DNA from: a virus
Taxonomy: Duplodnaviria; Caudoviricetes
Strand: one strand, 5' to 3'
Virus record (IMG/VR): IMGVR_UViG_2687453341_000003
Coordinates: 1-64,000 of that record
DNA: 64,000 bases
A program made the translations under genes and the position numbers. Shown piece after piece: positions 54,937 through 64,000 of this stretch (within the stretch, counting starts at the first letter, position 1; every line of letters begins with the position of its first letter). A model generated the notes under the pieces. That model saw only the letters and a program-made list of their open reading frames with translations, was not told where the DNA came from and ran no database searches.

Positions 54937-56083
54937 TGGTAAATCCTCGATCGTTCAGAAACAACTCGATAATGTCCGCATCACCATCGCGGGTGTAGAC
55001 GGCGATATTCGGCGGCTTAATCGTTACCGATCGAGTTCTTCTTCCATCGATGAACCGCAATTCAATCCTGGCTTCTACGATTCGAACATCGATATCCAGA
55101 CCCTCGTAGTACGCGATCCGTTCATCGAGGATATCAATCAAGTTATCTCGCTTCATTGTGACCAGTTCCGGCTTCGCGCCCGCGATGAAGAGGGTCACTG
55201 ACGTCAGTGTTGCTGAAAGTAGTTCAGGTACGTTGACCACGGACAACGCAGCCTCGCTATTCTGTCGCAGTGGTTCGGTCGTCCAGATGTCACCTGGCGG
55301 GAACAAATTTTCGTCACCGAAGAAGAATCTGCCAAATGAGGAACGATACATCTCCTTCTGAATCGCAGTTACAGCATTGATTTTCAACTCACCGGTTAGT
55401 CGATTGAACTGCAGCAAATCTTCATGCAATGGCTGAAAACTCAAGATGTCGCGTACTCCATCGACTAAGACATCTTGTAATTGCCAAGGCCTACCATGGC
55501 TAACCGTGAGATCGAGGGAATCGCCGCTCAGCAGCATCGCCGCATGGGTACCACGGCCGCACTTTTTTGATTCAAAGTACGATCCAACGGCACTCTCAAA
55601 AGCAACGCGGCATCGTTCCAGTGGCTCTTGCAAGCTTGGTACAAAATCACTGTTTGCTTGAAAGTACGAGTACGTTCGCCGAGTCGCTAACGACTGCAGG
55701 CGATGAATCGTCTCGACATGGTCACGATGCCGAAGGATTGCTTCAACCGCTACATCGGCAGGCATGATTCTTTCGTCACGATGAAAGGCTTCGGCTAACT
55801 CGTCGATCTGATGGAGCAGGGTTTCCATCATTGATTCGCGAGCCAACTCATTGACCATGTGTACCGCACGCATCAATTCGGCGGGTGTCTGACCGTCGGG
55901 AGCTCTAAGTATCTGGCCCAAGAGCTCGAACTGTGAATCGGTTAGCTTGCTTCCTAGTGGAAGCTCTAGGCCTCGTGAGGCGATATATTCTTTGTGGGGC
56001 GAGAGAAACTTCAATAACCGATCGTTTTGGACGGATTTCAGCACTCGCAAGTTGGTAAATCGTTGGTACTTGGCTGTGGTCAT
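54869..56083 (-). CDS. Hypothetical protein (404 aa)
   Basis: Long ORF co-oriented with and overlapping the previous gene. Confidence 0.7.
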   Translation of the reverse strand: MTTAKYQRFTNLRVLKSVQNDRLLKFLSPHKEYIASRGLELPLGSKLTDSQFELLGQILRAPDGQTPAELMRAVHMVNELARESMMETLLHQIDELAEAFHRDERIMPADVAVEAILRHRDHVETIHRLQSLATRRTYSYFQANSDFVPSLQEPLERCRVAFESAVGSYFESKKCGRGTHAAMLLSGDSLDLTVSHGRPWQLQDVLVDGVRDILSFQPLHEDLLQFNRLTGELKINAVTAIQKEMYRSSFGRFFFGDENLFPPGDIWTTEPLRQNSEAALSVVNVPELLSATLTSVTLFIAGAKPELVTMKRDNLIDILDERIAYYEGLDIDVRIVEARIELRFIDGRRTRSVTIKPPNIAVYTRDGDADIIELFLNDRGFTNGKIIVPFKLGGASLAHSSRGA

Positions 56084-56305
56084 GTGATGCTCGAAAAAAA
56101 TTAGTAGATCATGCGTACTTCCATGGGAAAAATAGGATTCCAGTGACTCCGACTAACTGGCAAGATGCCGATTGAGGAAGGGTCGACGGCGGTTCCACCA
56201 CCGTGCGCTCCTGTAGCTTGCGTCCATTCGCTTCATCCTTGGCCATGCTCCTGATGCCTTCCTAGCGATCGACCCTTTGCTCAATCTGCAATTGCTAGCA
56301 TTGCA

Positions 56306-56734
56306 TTACGATGTGACACGACTGGTCAGCATCTTCCAAAAACTTTCCATTTCTTCCGGAGTCGCATCCTCGCAATTTATCCTCAAGAGACTCTGTCCAC
56401 CTTTGGGTTCCACCTTTACACGCAATCCAGAACTCGACTCGGAAGAGTAGACCCAATTCTCTGAATCGCAGAGAGAGAACGTTTCAGGCAGTCTAAACGC
56501 GGGGCATTTCTCCGTGAGCAAGTCATCGACATCGCAACCTAGGAAATCGGCGATGTCATAGACCACATCTCGGCCAACCTCGCTAAATTCGCCGCGTTCG
56601 ATTCTTCTCCAATCTTCCTGCAAGTTGGACTCGCGAACGCAATCTTCTAGCCGGTACCTTGCGATCTCGCGGAACTTTCGCACCTTAGCGCGATCGAGTT
56701 TAGGTGCATTGTCAGTTGTTGAGGCTTGAGCCAT
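56306..56734 (-). CDS. XRE-like HTH regulator (candidate repressor)
   Basis: RRIERG.......V..IADFLGCDVDDLL motif; divergent from the recombinase operon; start uncertain. Confidence 0.6.
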   Translation of the reverse strand: MAQASTTDNAPKLDRAKVRKFREIARYRLEDCVRESNLQEDWRRIERGEFSEVGRDVVYDIADFLGCDVDDLLTEKCPAFRLPETFSLCDSENWVYSSESSSGLRVKVEPKGGQSLLRINCEDATPEEMESFWKMLTSRVTS

Positions 56735-56864
56735 TTCGGAACTCTCCAAGTGAATGGTGACGGGAACAAAAACGCTAATCTTCGACACCGCTTTGACTCC
56801 TCTGGTCACAGCTCTTTGGAAAATCGAAAAATCGCCGTTTTCAAGAATTTTGGCGCTCATCGTT

Positions 56865-56894
56865 GCCAGTTCCTTCTCGTGCTGAGTAGTTCAA
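56865..56894 (+). promoter_or_regulatory. Bipartite motif GCCAGTT-N11-TGAGTAGTTCAA upstream of the recombinase operon
   Basis: Fourth copy, with identical spacing. Confidence 0.7.
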
Positions 56895-56945
56895 GGAGTA
56901 GGGGCTTGTGTTAAACGGAGTCTATGTAGCCGAATCGGAACCTTG

Positions 56946-57116
56946 ATGAGCAAACTGACCGAACTATCGACATTGAGCGTCGAGACTAGACGCCTTGAGC
57001 TTGCGAAGGTGCTTGCTGCAGGCTTGATCCGCACTCTGTTGAAGAAGGTATCCAACGCAACGGAAGAGGACAAAGAAACCCGACAATCTCCCGACGATGG
57101 GCTTGAAGATTCTTGA
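56946..57116 (+). CDS. 56-aa ORF preceding DUF2924
   Basis: Hand-translated as MSKLTELSTLSVETRRLELAKVLAAGLIR...; below the ORF-track cutoff. Confidence 0.45.
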   Translation: MSKLTELSTLSVETRRLELAKVLAAGLIRTLLKKVSNATEEDKETRQSPDDGLEDS

Positions 57117-57190
57117 GAACTACCGCTCAGTGTGTCCACACGGGTTAACTACCGTCTTAGTTCTCAACCATTTACCAAGTCGAGGTAAGA

Positions 57191-57679
57191 ATGAACATCG
57201 ATCGGGAAGTCGCACTCATGAAGCTCATGAGCGTGGGTGAGCTTCGCAAGAAATATTGCGAAGTCTTCAAAGAGCCAACCAATGCGCGAAATAAGGTTTG
57301 GCTCATCAAACGGATCGCTTGGCGTATGCAGGCGAATATCGAAGGAGATCTCTCCGAACGAGCGAGGCGTCGGGCCATGGAGATTGCAAACGACGCGGAC
57401 ATACGCATGATGCCACCACGCGAACGGAAGCCGCGTGAGTTTGTCCAGCAGCCGAATACGGTTGTCGTGAATGTTGATTCCAAGCCGACTCGTAGTCTGT
57501 CGGTAGGCCAGTCCCTCCAGCGGATTTACAAAGGGCAGAACATTGTTGTGGTCGTCCGAGGCGATGGCTTCGAATGGCAAGGGCAGAAGTACAAGTCTCT
57601 TACCGCCGTTGCCAAGGCCGTGACTGGTAAACACTGGAACGGCTTCAACTTCTTTCGCGTTGATGGGGGCAAAGCCTAA
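57191..57679 (+). CDS. DUF2924-family protein
   Basis: L.KRIAWR.Q....G.LS, L.R.YKG, F.WQG..Y.SL.AVA...TG..WNG..FF motifs. Confidence 0.9.
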   Translation: MNIDREVALMKLMSVGELRKKYCEVFKEPTNARNKVWLIKRIAWRMQANIEGDLSERARRRAMEIANDADIRMMPPRERKPREFVQQPNTVVVNVDSKPTRSLSVGQSLQRIYKGQNIVVVVRGDGFEWQGQKYKSLTAVAKAVTGKHWNGFNFFRVDGGKA

Positions 57680-59238
57680 TGTCGAACAAACATTCTGCAA
57701 AACCCGAAGCGAGGAAGACCTGTCGCTGTGCCATCTACACTCGCAAATCGACCGAAGAGGGATTGGAGCAAGAGTTCAATTCCCTGGATGCGCAGCGAGA
57801 AGCTGGCGAGCTCTACGTCAAGAGCCAGAAGCATGAAGGCTGGGAATGCCTCGAGACCAAGTACGACGACGGTGGATTCACCGGTGCAAATATGGATCGC
57901 CCGGGTCTTCGACGGTTACTGGCTGACATCGCTGCCGGCAAGATCGACTGCGTTGTCGTCTATAAGGTCGACCGTCTCAGTCGAAGTCTGCTTGATTTCG
58001 CGAAAATCATCGAGGTCTTCGACCGTCATCAAGTCACGTTTGTGAGTGTAACACAGTCATTCAATACCGCCTCTTCAATGGGCCGATTGACGCTCAATGT
58101 TCTTTTGTCATTTGCTCAATTCGAACGCGATATGATCAGCGAGCGAACACGCGACAAGATGCGGGCAGCTCGGCGCAAGGGGCGTTGGATTGGAGGCAAG
58201 CCGATCCTTGGCTACAACGTTGTCAACACGAAGCTGGTCGTTGATCCTCTCGAATCGCTACAAGTTCAAGAGATCTTCAAATTGTACTTAGAAATGAAAT
58301 CGACTCTGCAGGTTGCACGGGTGTTGAACCAACGTGGTTGGCGAATCAAAGAGTGGACCACCAAGAAGGGTAGGACGATCGGTGGCGGTGAGTTCAACAA
58401 GAACAAGGTCACAGCCATCCTGACCAACGCGACTTACATCGGTATGATCGAGTACGAGGGCCAGCTCCATCCTGGCCTCCAAGATGCCATCATCAAGCGA
58501 GATTTATTCGACCGAGTCCAGGAGATCCTAAAGCTGAACAGCCGCATGAAGAAAGACCTCATGCGATGCAAGCACAATGCTTTGCTGCAGGGACTACTTC
58601 GCTGCGCTGCCTGCAATTGTGGGATGAGCCATTCGTACACAAAGAAAGGCTCGACTCTTTATCGCTACTACATTTGTCACAAAGCGCAAAAGCAAGGCTG
58701 GGCAAGTTGCCCATCACCATCGCTTCCAGCTGCTGAGATCGAAAATTTCGTGATTGACCAAATACGAAGCGTTGGTCAAGACCCTGGCGTTGTTCGCGAT
58801 ACGTTGGCCCAGAGTCGCGTCCAAACTCAGACGACCGTAGAACGACTCAAGAAAGAAAAGAACGCGTTGGAACGGGCAATCCTTGGCCACTATGAGCGAC
58901 TGAACCAAGCGATCGCGGACGGTGCCAACGAGTCGGCGGTTGCCGATATCCAAGACCAGATTCGCGAGAAGGAACAACGGGTATCCGAGGTCGTTGACGA
59001 GATGACCTCCGTATCCAGCCTGATGATCGATGAGTCGGACGTCCGCGAGTCGCTCGGTCGGTTCCAAGAAGTCTGGGCAGCGTTGTCTCCTGCCGAGAAA
59101 GCCAAAGCCATCCGCCAGATCGTCGATTCGATTCAGTACGACGGTCATAGCAAAGAGCTGTCCATCTCCTACCACCCGATCGGGATCAGAACATTCAGTC
59201 AAGAACAGCAAAGTAAAGTGGGAGCAGGCACATGCTAA
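57679..59238 (+). CDS. Large serine recombinase (integrase)
   Basis: CAIYTRKS, SLDAQ, DDGG.TG...RP, VYKVDRLSR, FAQFER and a zinc ribbon. Confidence 0.95.
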   Translation: MSNKHSAKPEARKTCRCAIYTRKSTEEGLEQEFNSLDAQREAGELYVKSQKHEGWECLETKYDDGGFTGANMDRPGLRRLLADIAAGKIDCVVVYKVDRLSRSLLDFAKIIEVFDRHQVTFVSVTQSFNTASSMGRLTLNVLLSFAQFERDMISERTRDKMRAARRKGRWIGGKPILGYNVVNTKLVVDPLESLQVQEIFKLYLEMKSTLQVARVLNQRGWRIKEWTTKKGRTIGGGEFNKNKVTAILTNATYIGMIEYEGQLHPGLQDAIIKRDLFDRVQEILKLNSRMKKDLMRCKHNALLQGLLRCAACNCGMSHSYTKKGSTLYRYYICHKAQKQGWASCPSPSLPAAEIENFVIDQIRSVGQDPGVVRDTLAQSRVQTQTTVERLKKEKNALERAILGHYERLNQAIADGANESAVADIQDQIREKEQRVSEVVDEMTSVSSLMIDESDVRESLGRFQEVWAALSPAEKAKAIRQIVDSIQYDGHSKELSISYHPIGIRTFSQEQQSKVGAGTC

Positions 59239-59633
59239 CCGCCACGCACAAATTGGAGTTCAAGTCCGGCAAGCGAACCGCCAAGACGATTGCGGAAGCC
59301 GGAACGCAGCCAGAGCAACCCACGCCAGGCCGATTGCCTCGCATCACCAAAATGATGGCCCTCGCCGTCCGCCTCGATCACTTGATCAAGAGCGGGCAAG
59401 TTACCGACCAAGCCGAGCTCGCACGAGTTGGCCATGTCAGTCGTGCTCGGCTTACCCAGATCATGGATTTGAACTTGCTTGCACCAGACATTCAGGAAGA
59501 GATCTTGTTTTTTGGAGGTTCTGTGACCACTTTTGCGGTTCCAATTGAACGCTCAGCGAGAAACATCGCCAAAATGACTGATTGGAGCTTACAACGGCGA
59601 TCCTGGAGAAAAAGCAGGGCTACCAAGTACTGA
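59232..59633 (+). CDS. Recombinase-associated HTH protein
   Basis: AELAR.G.VSRAR.TQI..L..LAPDIQE.IL motif. Confidence 0.8.
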   Translation: MLTATHKLEFKSGKRTAKTIAEAGTQPEQPTPGRLPRITKMMALAVRLDHLIKSGQVTDQAELARVGHVSRARLTQIMDLNLLAPDIQEEILFFGGSVTTFAVPIERSARNIAKMTDWSLQRRSWRKSRATKY

Positions 59634-59772
59634 TGACCAGCTCGGTGGATTTACAAGCTTCGCTTTGCTAGCTTTGACTTGGTGGTCGGCCGAAGGACCA
59701 AACTTGTCACCGCATTGAAAAAAATGTATTCCCTGAAGTGCGATTCCCCGTAGCTATGTTGCAAGGAGATAA

Positions 59773-60597
59773 ATGATGAGCGTGAACTCCAAAATCGAGT
59801 GGACAGACACTACGTGGAATCCAGTGCGCGGTTGCACGAAGATAAGCGCTGGCTGCAAGCACTGTTATGCGGAAACTTTTGCAGAACGCTTTCGCGGAGT
59901 CCCCGGCAATCCGTTTGAGTTCGGGTTCGACCTTCGCCTCGTACCACACAAATTGCCAGAGCCTTTTCATTGGACGAAGCCACAGATGGTCTTCGTGAAT
60001 TCGATGAGCGATCTGTTTCATGAAGATGTCCCAGACGACTATATAGTCCAAGTTGCTCAAGTGATGGCAACGGCCAACTGGCATATCTACCAAGTGTTGA
60101 CCAAACGAGCTGAACGCTTGCGAGATTTGTTGAAAACCAAGCTGAGCTTCGCAGCCAAACTGGAACACATTTGGTGGGGCACAAGCGTCGAAAACAAGAA
60201 GTCGGGCGTACCAAGAATTCAGCAATTGCGTGATGCAAAAGCAGAGATGAATTTCCTTTCCATTGAGCCGCTACTTGAAGACTTGGGCCCGCTCAATCTC
60301 AAAGGCATGCAGTGGGTAATTGTGGGTGGCGAGAGCGGGAACGGAGCTAGGCCAATGCGAGTCGAGTGGGTCACTTCGATCCGAGCGCAATGCGAGAAAC
60401 AGAACATTCCGTTCTTTTTCAAGCAGTGGGGAGGCGTAAGAAAGTCTCGACATGGGCGTGAGCTGGATGGCAGAACCTATGATGAATACCCGACAGTGAT
60501 ACGTCAGCCATTCCCACAGCTAGCAGTTCGTCGTGAATTAGAGGCAAGCTTAAACTTGCCACGAGACACTCGCTTGACGGTCGCAGCAATCGCCTAA
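59773..60597 (+). CDS. DUF5131 (phage Gp37/Gp68) three-Cys-motif protein
   Basis: SKIEWTD.TWNP..GC.KIS.GC.HCYA, FVNSMSDLFH, WVIVGGESG and FFFKQWG motifs. Confidence 0.92.
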   Translation: MMSVNSKIEWTDTTWNPVRGCTKISAGCKHCYAETFAERFRGVPGNPFEFGFDLRLVPHKLPEPFHWTKPQMVFVNSMSDLFHEDVPDDYIVQVAQVMATANWHIYQVLTKRAERLRDLLKTKLSFAAKLEHIWWGTSVENKKSGVPRIQQLRDAKAEMNFLSIEPLLEDLGPLNLKGMQWVIVGGESGNGARPMRVEWVTSIRAQCEKQNIPFFFKQWGGVRKSRHGRELDGRTYDEYPTVIRQPFPQLAVRRELEASLNLPRDTRLTVAAIA

Positions 60598-61484
60598 GGG
60601 CGAAGAATGTCTTGTGCCATCCGAACGGCAGTCGGTGCGCCTTTTTCATTGCCCACGGCAAAACAAAGCAGGTAGATGGGTGTGCCACGAGAATTGAACA
60701 GCAACAAGGGGTTCTTGGCTACGCTCTCAAAAACCGAGCTCAGTCGCTCTAGAAAGTAGGCTTCAATATCCGCAAAGTCAGCGGTCTTTGTTTCGAGTTC
60801 CTCATCTCCGAATAGAGATGGCTGAACGGACTTCTTGTAGAACCTGTGTCGCCACGCATCTTCACCGAAAGTTCTCGTAAGGGCATTGGCCCAGTTTTCT
60901 GGTGGTGGCTTTCGGTTGACAAGTAAACGGTTTACTGCCTGGCCGATTGGAAAAAGAATCCACAGGTCGATTGCCTTGGTTGCCGCAATCGCCTCGATCG
61001 TTGACCAATTGACCTGCATACCGTATGGATCCAGGAACACAACCGCGCGATGACTCTGCCAGTTTGTTTGTCGGCACCAGTTCGTTAGAACCGTGTTGGC
61101 GTCCCCGTGTTCGATGAGTACGTTGCTCGCACGGCCGGGATAAAGAGCCTTTAACTTTTCCAGCTCAGCGATGCGTTTCTTGCTATGCTCGATGAACAGA
61201 TAACGATCGAATCCCGGCTCGACTTCCAGAGCAATTCGCGAACTTCCCTTTTGTAGTTCTACGAAATCAGGATCGGATTCGACATCAAGCAAAGGAGTTT
61301 CGCTGATGCCCGCGATGTTTGAGTCCAGTCGATCGCCGGTTCCAGCAAAAGCGTCGACGAAGTAGGTGGTGAAGTATCTGGCTCGCACGTTGGTACGCAT
61401 AATCGTCGTGTACGCGGTGAGATACTTGCGGACACGCTCAAGCTTTTCAACAGTCCATTCTCCACCAAATATATGCTCACTCAT
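60594..61484 (-). CDS. tcmP: Three-Cys-motif partner protein (methyltransferase fold)
   Basis: GG.WT..KL...KYL..Y, VDAFAG.G, GDAN and FLDPYG motifs. Confidence 0.85.
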   Translation of the reverse strand: MSEHIFGGEWTVEKLERVRKYLTAYTTIMRTNVRARYFTTYFVDAFAGTGDRLDSNIAGISETPLLDVESDPDFVELQKGSSRIALEVEPGFDRYLFIEHSKKRIAELEKLKALYPGRASNVLIEHGDANTVLTNWCRQTNWQSHRAVVFLDPYGMQVNWSTIEAIAATKAIDLWILFPIGQAVNRLLVNRKPPPENWANALTRTFGEDAWRHRFYKKSVQPSLFGDEELETKTADFADIEAYFLERLSSVFESVAKNPLLLFNSRGTPIYLLCFAVGNEKGAPTAVRMAQDILRP

Positions 61485-61757
61485 AAATCTTCCTCCTTGG
61501 TAAAGCGTCGTAATCCAGCTCTTTATTCGCTACGCGATCAGCTTCCTCCGCTGTTCAAGAAATTCGTCGTAGTTCAGCTCTTGGCCAGCGAGGAAACTGA
61601 ATGTTCCGAATTTCGATTGTGGTTGCGTTTAGCATCGTAACTACTTACGGAGATTCGGGCGATTACAATATCCATAATAGGTGCAAGCATCGTATTGCCA
61701 AGTTGAAGACTTTGCTAGACTATGAAGACTAGCCCGATGGCTCTTGGACCCAATCGC

Positions 61758-61958
61758 ATGAAAAATCTGAGCGAATACGTGAAAACTGCAGAGGCGGCCC
61801 AGATACTTGGTGTCGCACAAAACACGCTCCGAAAATGGGCTGAGCAGGGAGATATCCCTGTGCACCGGAATCCAGCAAACGGATACAGGCTCTTCAAACG
61901 CGAGGACTTGATGCGATTCTTGAAGAAGATCGACCAGTCATCGAAGTCCGGGAGCTGA
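61758..61958 (+). CDS. MerR/excisionase-like HTH protein
   Basis: AEAA.ILGV..NTLR.W...G and NGYRLF...DL motifs. Confidence 0.8.
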   Translation: MKNLSEYVKTAEAAQILGVAQNTLRKWAEQGDIPVHRNPANGYRLFKREDLMRFLKKIDQSSKSGS

Positions 61959-61964
61959 AGCAGC

Positions 61965-64000
61965 ATGTCAAACGAATCCGCAACGCGACAACAGATCATC
62001 GACCACCGGCTAAAGGAAGCCGGTTGGGACGTTCTTGATCGCACGCAGGTTGTGGAAGAATTCACCATCGAAAAAGCCTCAGAGATGCAAGTGAAGGAGG
62101 AAGCTGCTTCCTTTGGCAATCGAGAGTTCAGCGACTACGTCCTTCTCGGAAAAAACGGCAAACCTTTGGCGGTAGTCGAAGCGAAGCGAACATCGAAGGA
62201 TGCTGAACTCGGGCGTGAACAGGCAAAACAGTATTGCATTAATATTCAGGCGCGTATTGGCGGAGAACTACCCTTCTGCTTCTACACCAATGGTCACGAG
62301 ATCTACTTTTGGAATATCGGAGAAGGGCCACCACAGCGGGTCCATGGATTTCCAACGCGGCAGGATCTGGAGAGACTTTTATATATTCGGAAGAACAAAA
62401 AGCCACTCGTTGATGAGCTGATAAACACGGACATTGCTGGACGCGACTACCAGATCCAAGCCATCCGAACAGTGATGGAAGGCATTGCTAAGAGCCGCCG
62501 TCAATTCCTGCTGGTAATGGCAACGGGAACAGGAAAAACCCGTACCTGTATTGCTCTGGTCGATGCTCTGATGCGTGCGGGGTACGTTCAGCGAGTTCTC
62601 TTTTTGGTGGACCGCATTGCCCTTCGCGGTCAGGCCCTCGATGCGTTCAAGGAACATATACCTGACGAACCCCGCTGGCCGGAGCCCGGTGAAAAGTCAA
62701 TCACCACGGATCGCCGAATCTATGTTGCCACTTACCCAACGATGCTTAACATTGTGCGGGATGAAGAGAACTCTCTGTCGCCGCATTTCTTCGATCTTGT
62801 GATCGTCGATGAAAGCCATCGGTCTATTTACAACACCTACGGTGAAGTCCTCGATTATTTTCATTCAATCACGCTGGGGCTGACTGCCACGCCACGCGAC
62901 GTCATAGATCACAACACCTTTGCCGTATTCCACTGCGAGGACGGACTTCCCAGCTTCGCCTTCTCCTACGATGAAGCCATCAATCACGTCCCCCCATACC
63001 TATGCGACTTCCGAGTCCTGAAGATCAAAACCAAATTCCAGGACGAGGGCATCAGCAAACGCACAATCAGCCTCGAGGACCAAAAGCGTCTCATCCTCGA
63101 GGGTAAGGACATCGAGGAAATCGTTTACGAAGGCACCGACCTCGAAAAGAAGGTCACGAACCACGCTACTAACGCCCTCATCGTAAAGGAGTTCATGGAG
63201 GAATCCATCAAGGACACCAACGGAGTTCTTCCTGGAAAGACGATTTTCTTTTGTATGTCGGTCGCCCACGCGCGACGCATCGAGCGCATCTTCGATTCAC
63301 TCTATCCGGAATACAAAGGCGAACTCGCCAAGGTCTTGGTTTCCGACGATCCTCGCGTCTACGGCAAGGGCGGATTGCTGGACCAGTTCACTCGGAGCGA
63401 TATGCCCCGTGTGGCGATCAGCGTCGACATGCTCGATACCGGCATCGACGTTCGTGAAATCGTCAACCTCGTCTTCGCGAAGCCGGTGTTCTCGTACACA
63501 AAGTTCTGGCAGATGATTGGTCGTGGTACGAGACTTCTGGAGTCCAATAAGATCAAGGCTTGGTGTCCTGAGAAGGATGTCTTCCAGATTATTGATTGCT
63601 GGGACAATTTTGATTACTTCCAACTCTCTCCGAAGGGTAAAGAACCCAAGCCGCAGGTTCCGCTACCGGTTCGACTGGTTGGCGCTCGCATCGACAAGAT
63701 TGAAGCCGCTCAGGCTCTTGGCAATTCGTCCGTAGCGGACAAAGAGATCGCTGCCCTTCGCGGCCAAATTGCAGTTCTCCCCGGCAATTCGGTCGCCATC
63801 ATGGAATCGAAGGCCAATCTCGCGAAATGCGGCGCTGATGCTTTCTGGCAGCCATTGACGGCGGATGGCATCGCGTTCCTTCGCCATGTGATTCAGCCGC
63901 TATTCCGCGCTTTGTCGCAGGTCGATTTCAAAGCGATGCGATTCGAGAAAGACGTGCTCGAAGCATCTCTCGCGCATCTCAAGGGCGAAAAGGAGAAATA
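61965..64000 (+). CDS. hsdR: Type I restriction enzyme R subunit (EcoEI/EcoAI-like), runs off the window
   Basis: Hand translation gives TRQQIID..L..AGW, DYVL.....VVEAK, RDYQ, MATGTGKT, VDESHRS and GLTATP. Not in the ORF track because no stop falls inside the window. Confidence 0.92.
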   Translation, partial: MSNESATRQQIIDHRLKEAGWDVLDRTQVVEEFTIEKASEMQVKEEAASFGNREFSDYVLLGKNGKPLAVVEAKRTSKDAELGREQAKQYCINIQARIGGELPFCFYTNGHEIYFWNIGEGPPQRVHGFPTRQDLERLLYIRKNKKPLVDELINTDIAGRDYQIQAIRTVMEGIAKSRRQFLLVMATGTGKTRTCIALVDALMRAGYVQRVLFLVDRIALRGQALDAFKEHIPDEPRWPEPGEKSITTDRRIYVATYPTMLNIVRDEENSLSPHFFDLVIVDESHRSIYNTYGEVLDYFHSITLGLTATPRDVIDHNTFAVFHCEDGLPSFAFSYDEAINHVPPYLCDFRVLKIKTKFQDEGISKRTISLEDQKRLILEGKDIEEIVYEGTDLEKKVTNHATNALIVKEFMEESIKDTNGVLPGKTIFFCMSVAHARRIERIFDSLYPEYKGELAKVLVSDDPRVYGKGGLLDQFTRSDMPRVAISVDMLDTGIDVREIVNLVFAKPVFSYTKFWQMIGRGTRLLESNKIKAWCPEKDVFQIIDCWDNFDYFQLSPKGKEPKPQVPLPVRLVGARIDKIEAAQALGNSSVADKEIAALRGQIAVLPGNSVAIMESKANLAKCGADAFWQPLTADGIAFLRHVIQPLFRALSQVDFKAMRFEKDVLEASLAHLKGEKEK

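Larger units (their letters stand above)
33655..59633. mobile_element. Prophage element 2 (packaging, replication, regulation and integration modules); truncated on the left within the portal
   Basis: Second terminase-portal block, replication operon, sigma factor and serine recombinase. Right boundary is approximate because no att site was identified. Confidence 0.85.

Noticed and set aside
1-64000. tRNA, rRNA, reverse transcriptase/DGR, and attL/attR direct repeats
   Set aside because: None was recognised by eye. Short serine-recombinase att sites would not be detectable without the empty-site sequence.

Overview
Most of this window is temperate-phage DNA, probably from a Planctomycetota host (inferred from the gene families). 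It holds two related but diverged siphovirus-like prophages joined at a DDE transposase element (about 32.3-33.65 kb). The left element (1 to about 31.8 kb, minus strand) carries a glycosyl-/sulfo-/methyltransferase cluster next to a huge Ser-rich tail-region protein, the tail, head, portal and terminase genes, an HNH gene and a 5'-truncated DNA methylase. The right element (about 33.65-59.6 kb) carries a truncated portal, a GNAT/DUF1778 toxin-antitoxin pair, terminase, ParB-methylase, primase, RusA, SSB, an intein-containing AAA recombinase, an exonuclease, a sigma factor and a DUF2924-serine recombinase module. It is followed by DUF5131/TcmP and a type I restriction HsdR. The most striking feature is an inverted (plus-strand) cassette of small genes between methylase and terminase in each prophage (24.1-30.4 kb and 38.9-42.8 kb). 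Every gene in each cassette lies in the same reading frame, and the opposite strand is one stop-free ORF (2096 and 1336 codons) that crosses genes and spacers alike and links the flanking late-operon genes. The cassette units are led by a conserved 37-bp promoter/operator repeat, differ in content between the two copies, and each cassette contains a type II hammerhead ribozyme. All family assignments come from motif recognition by eye; no database search was run.
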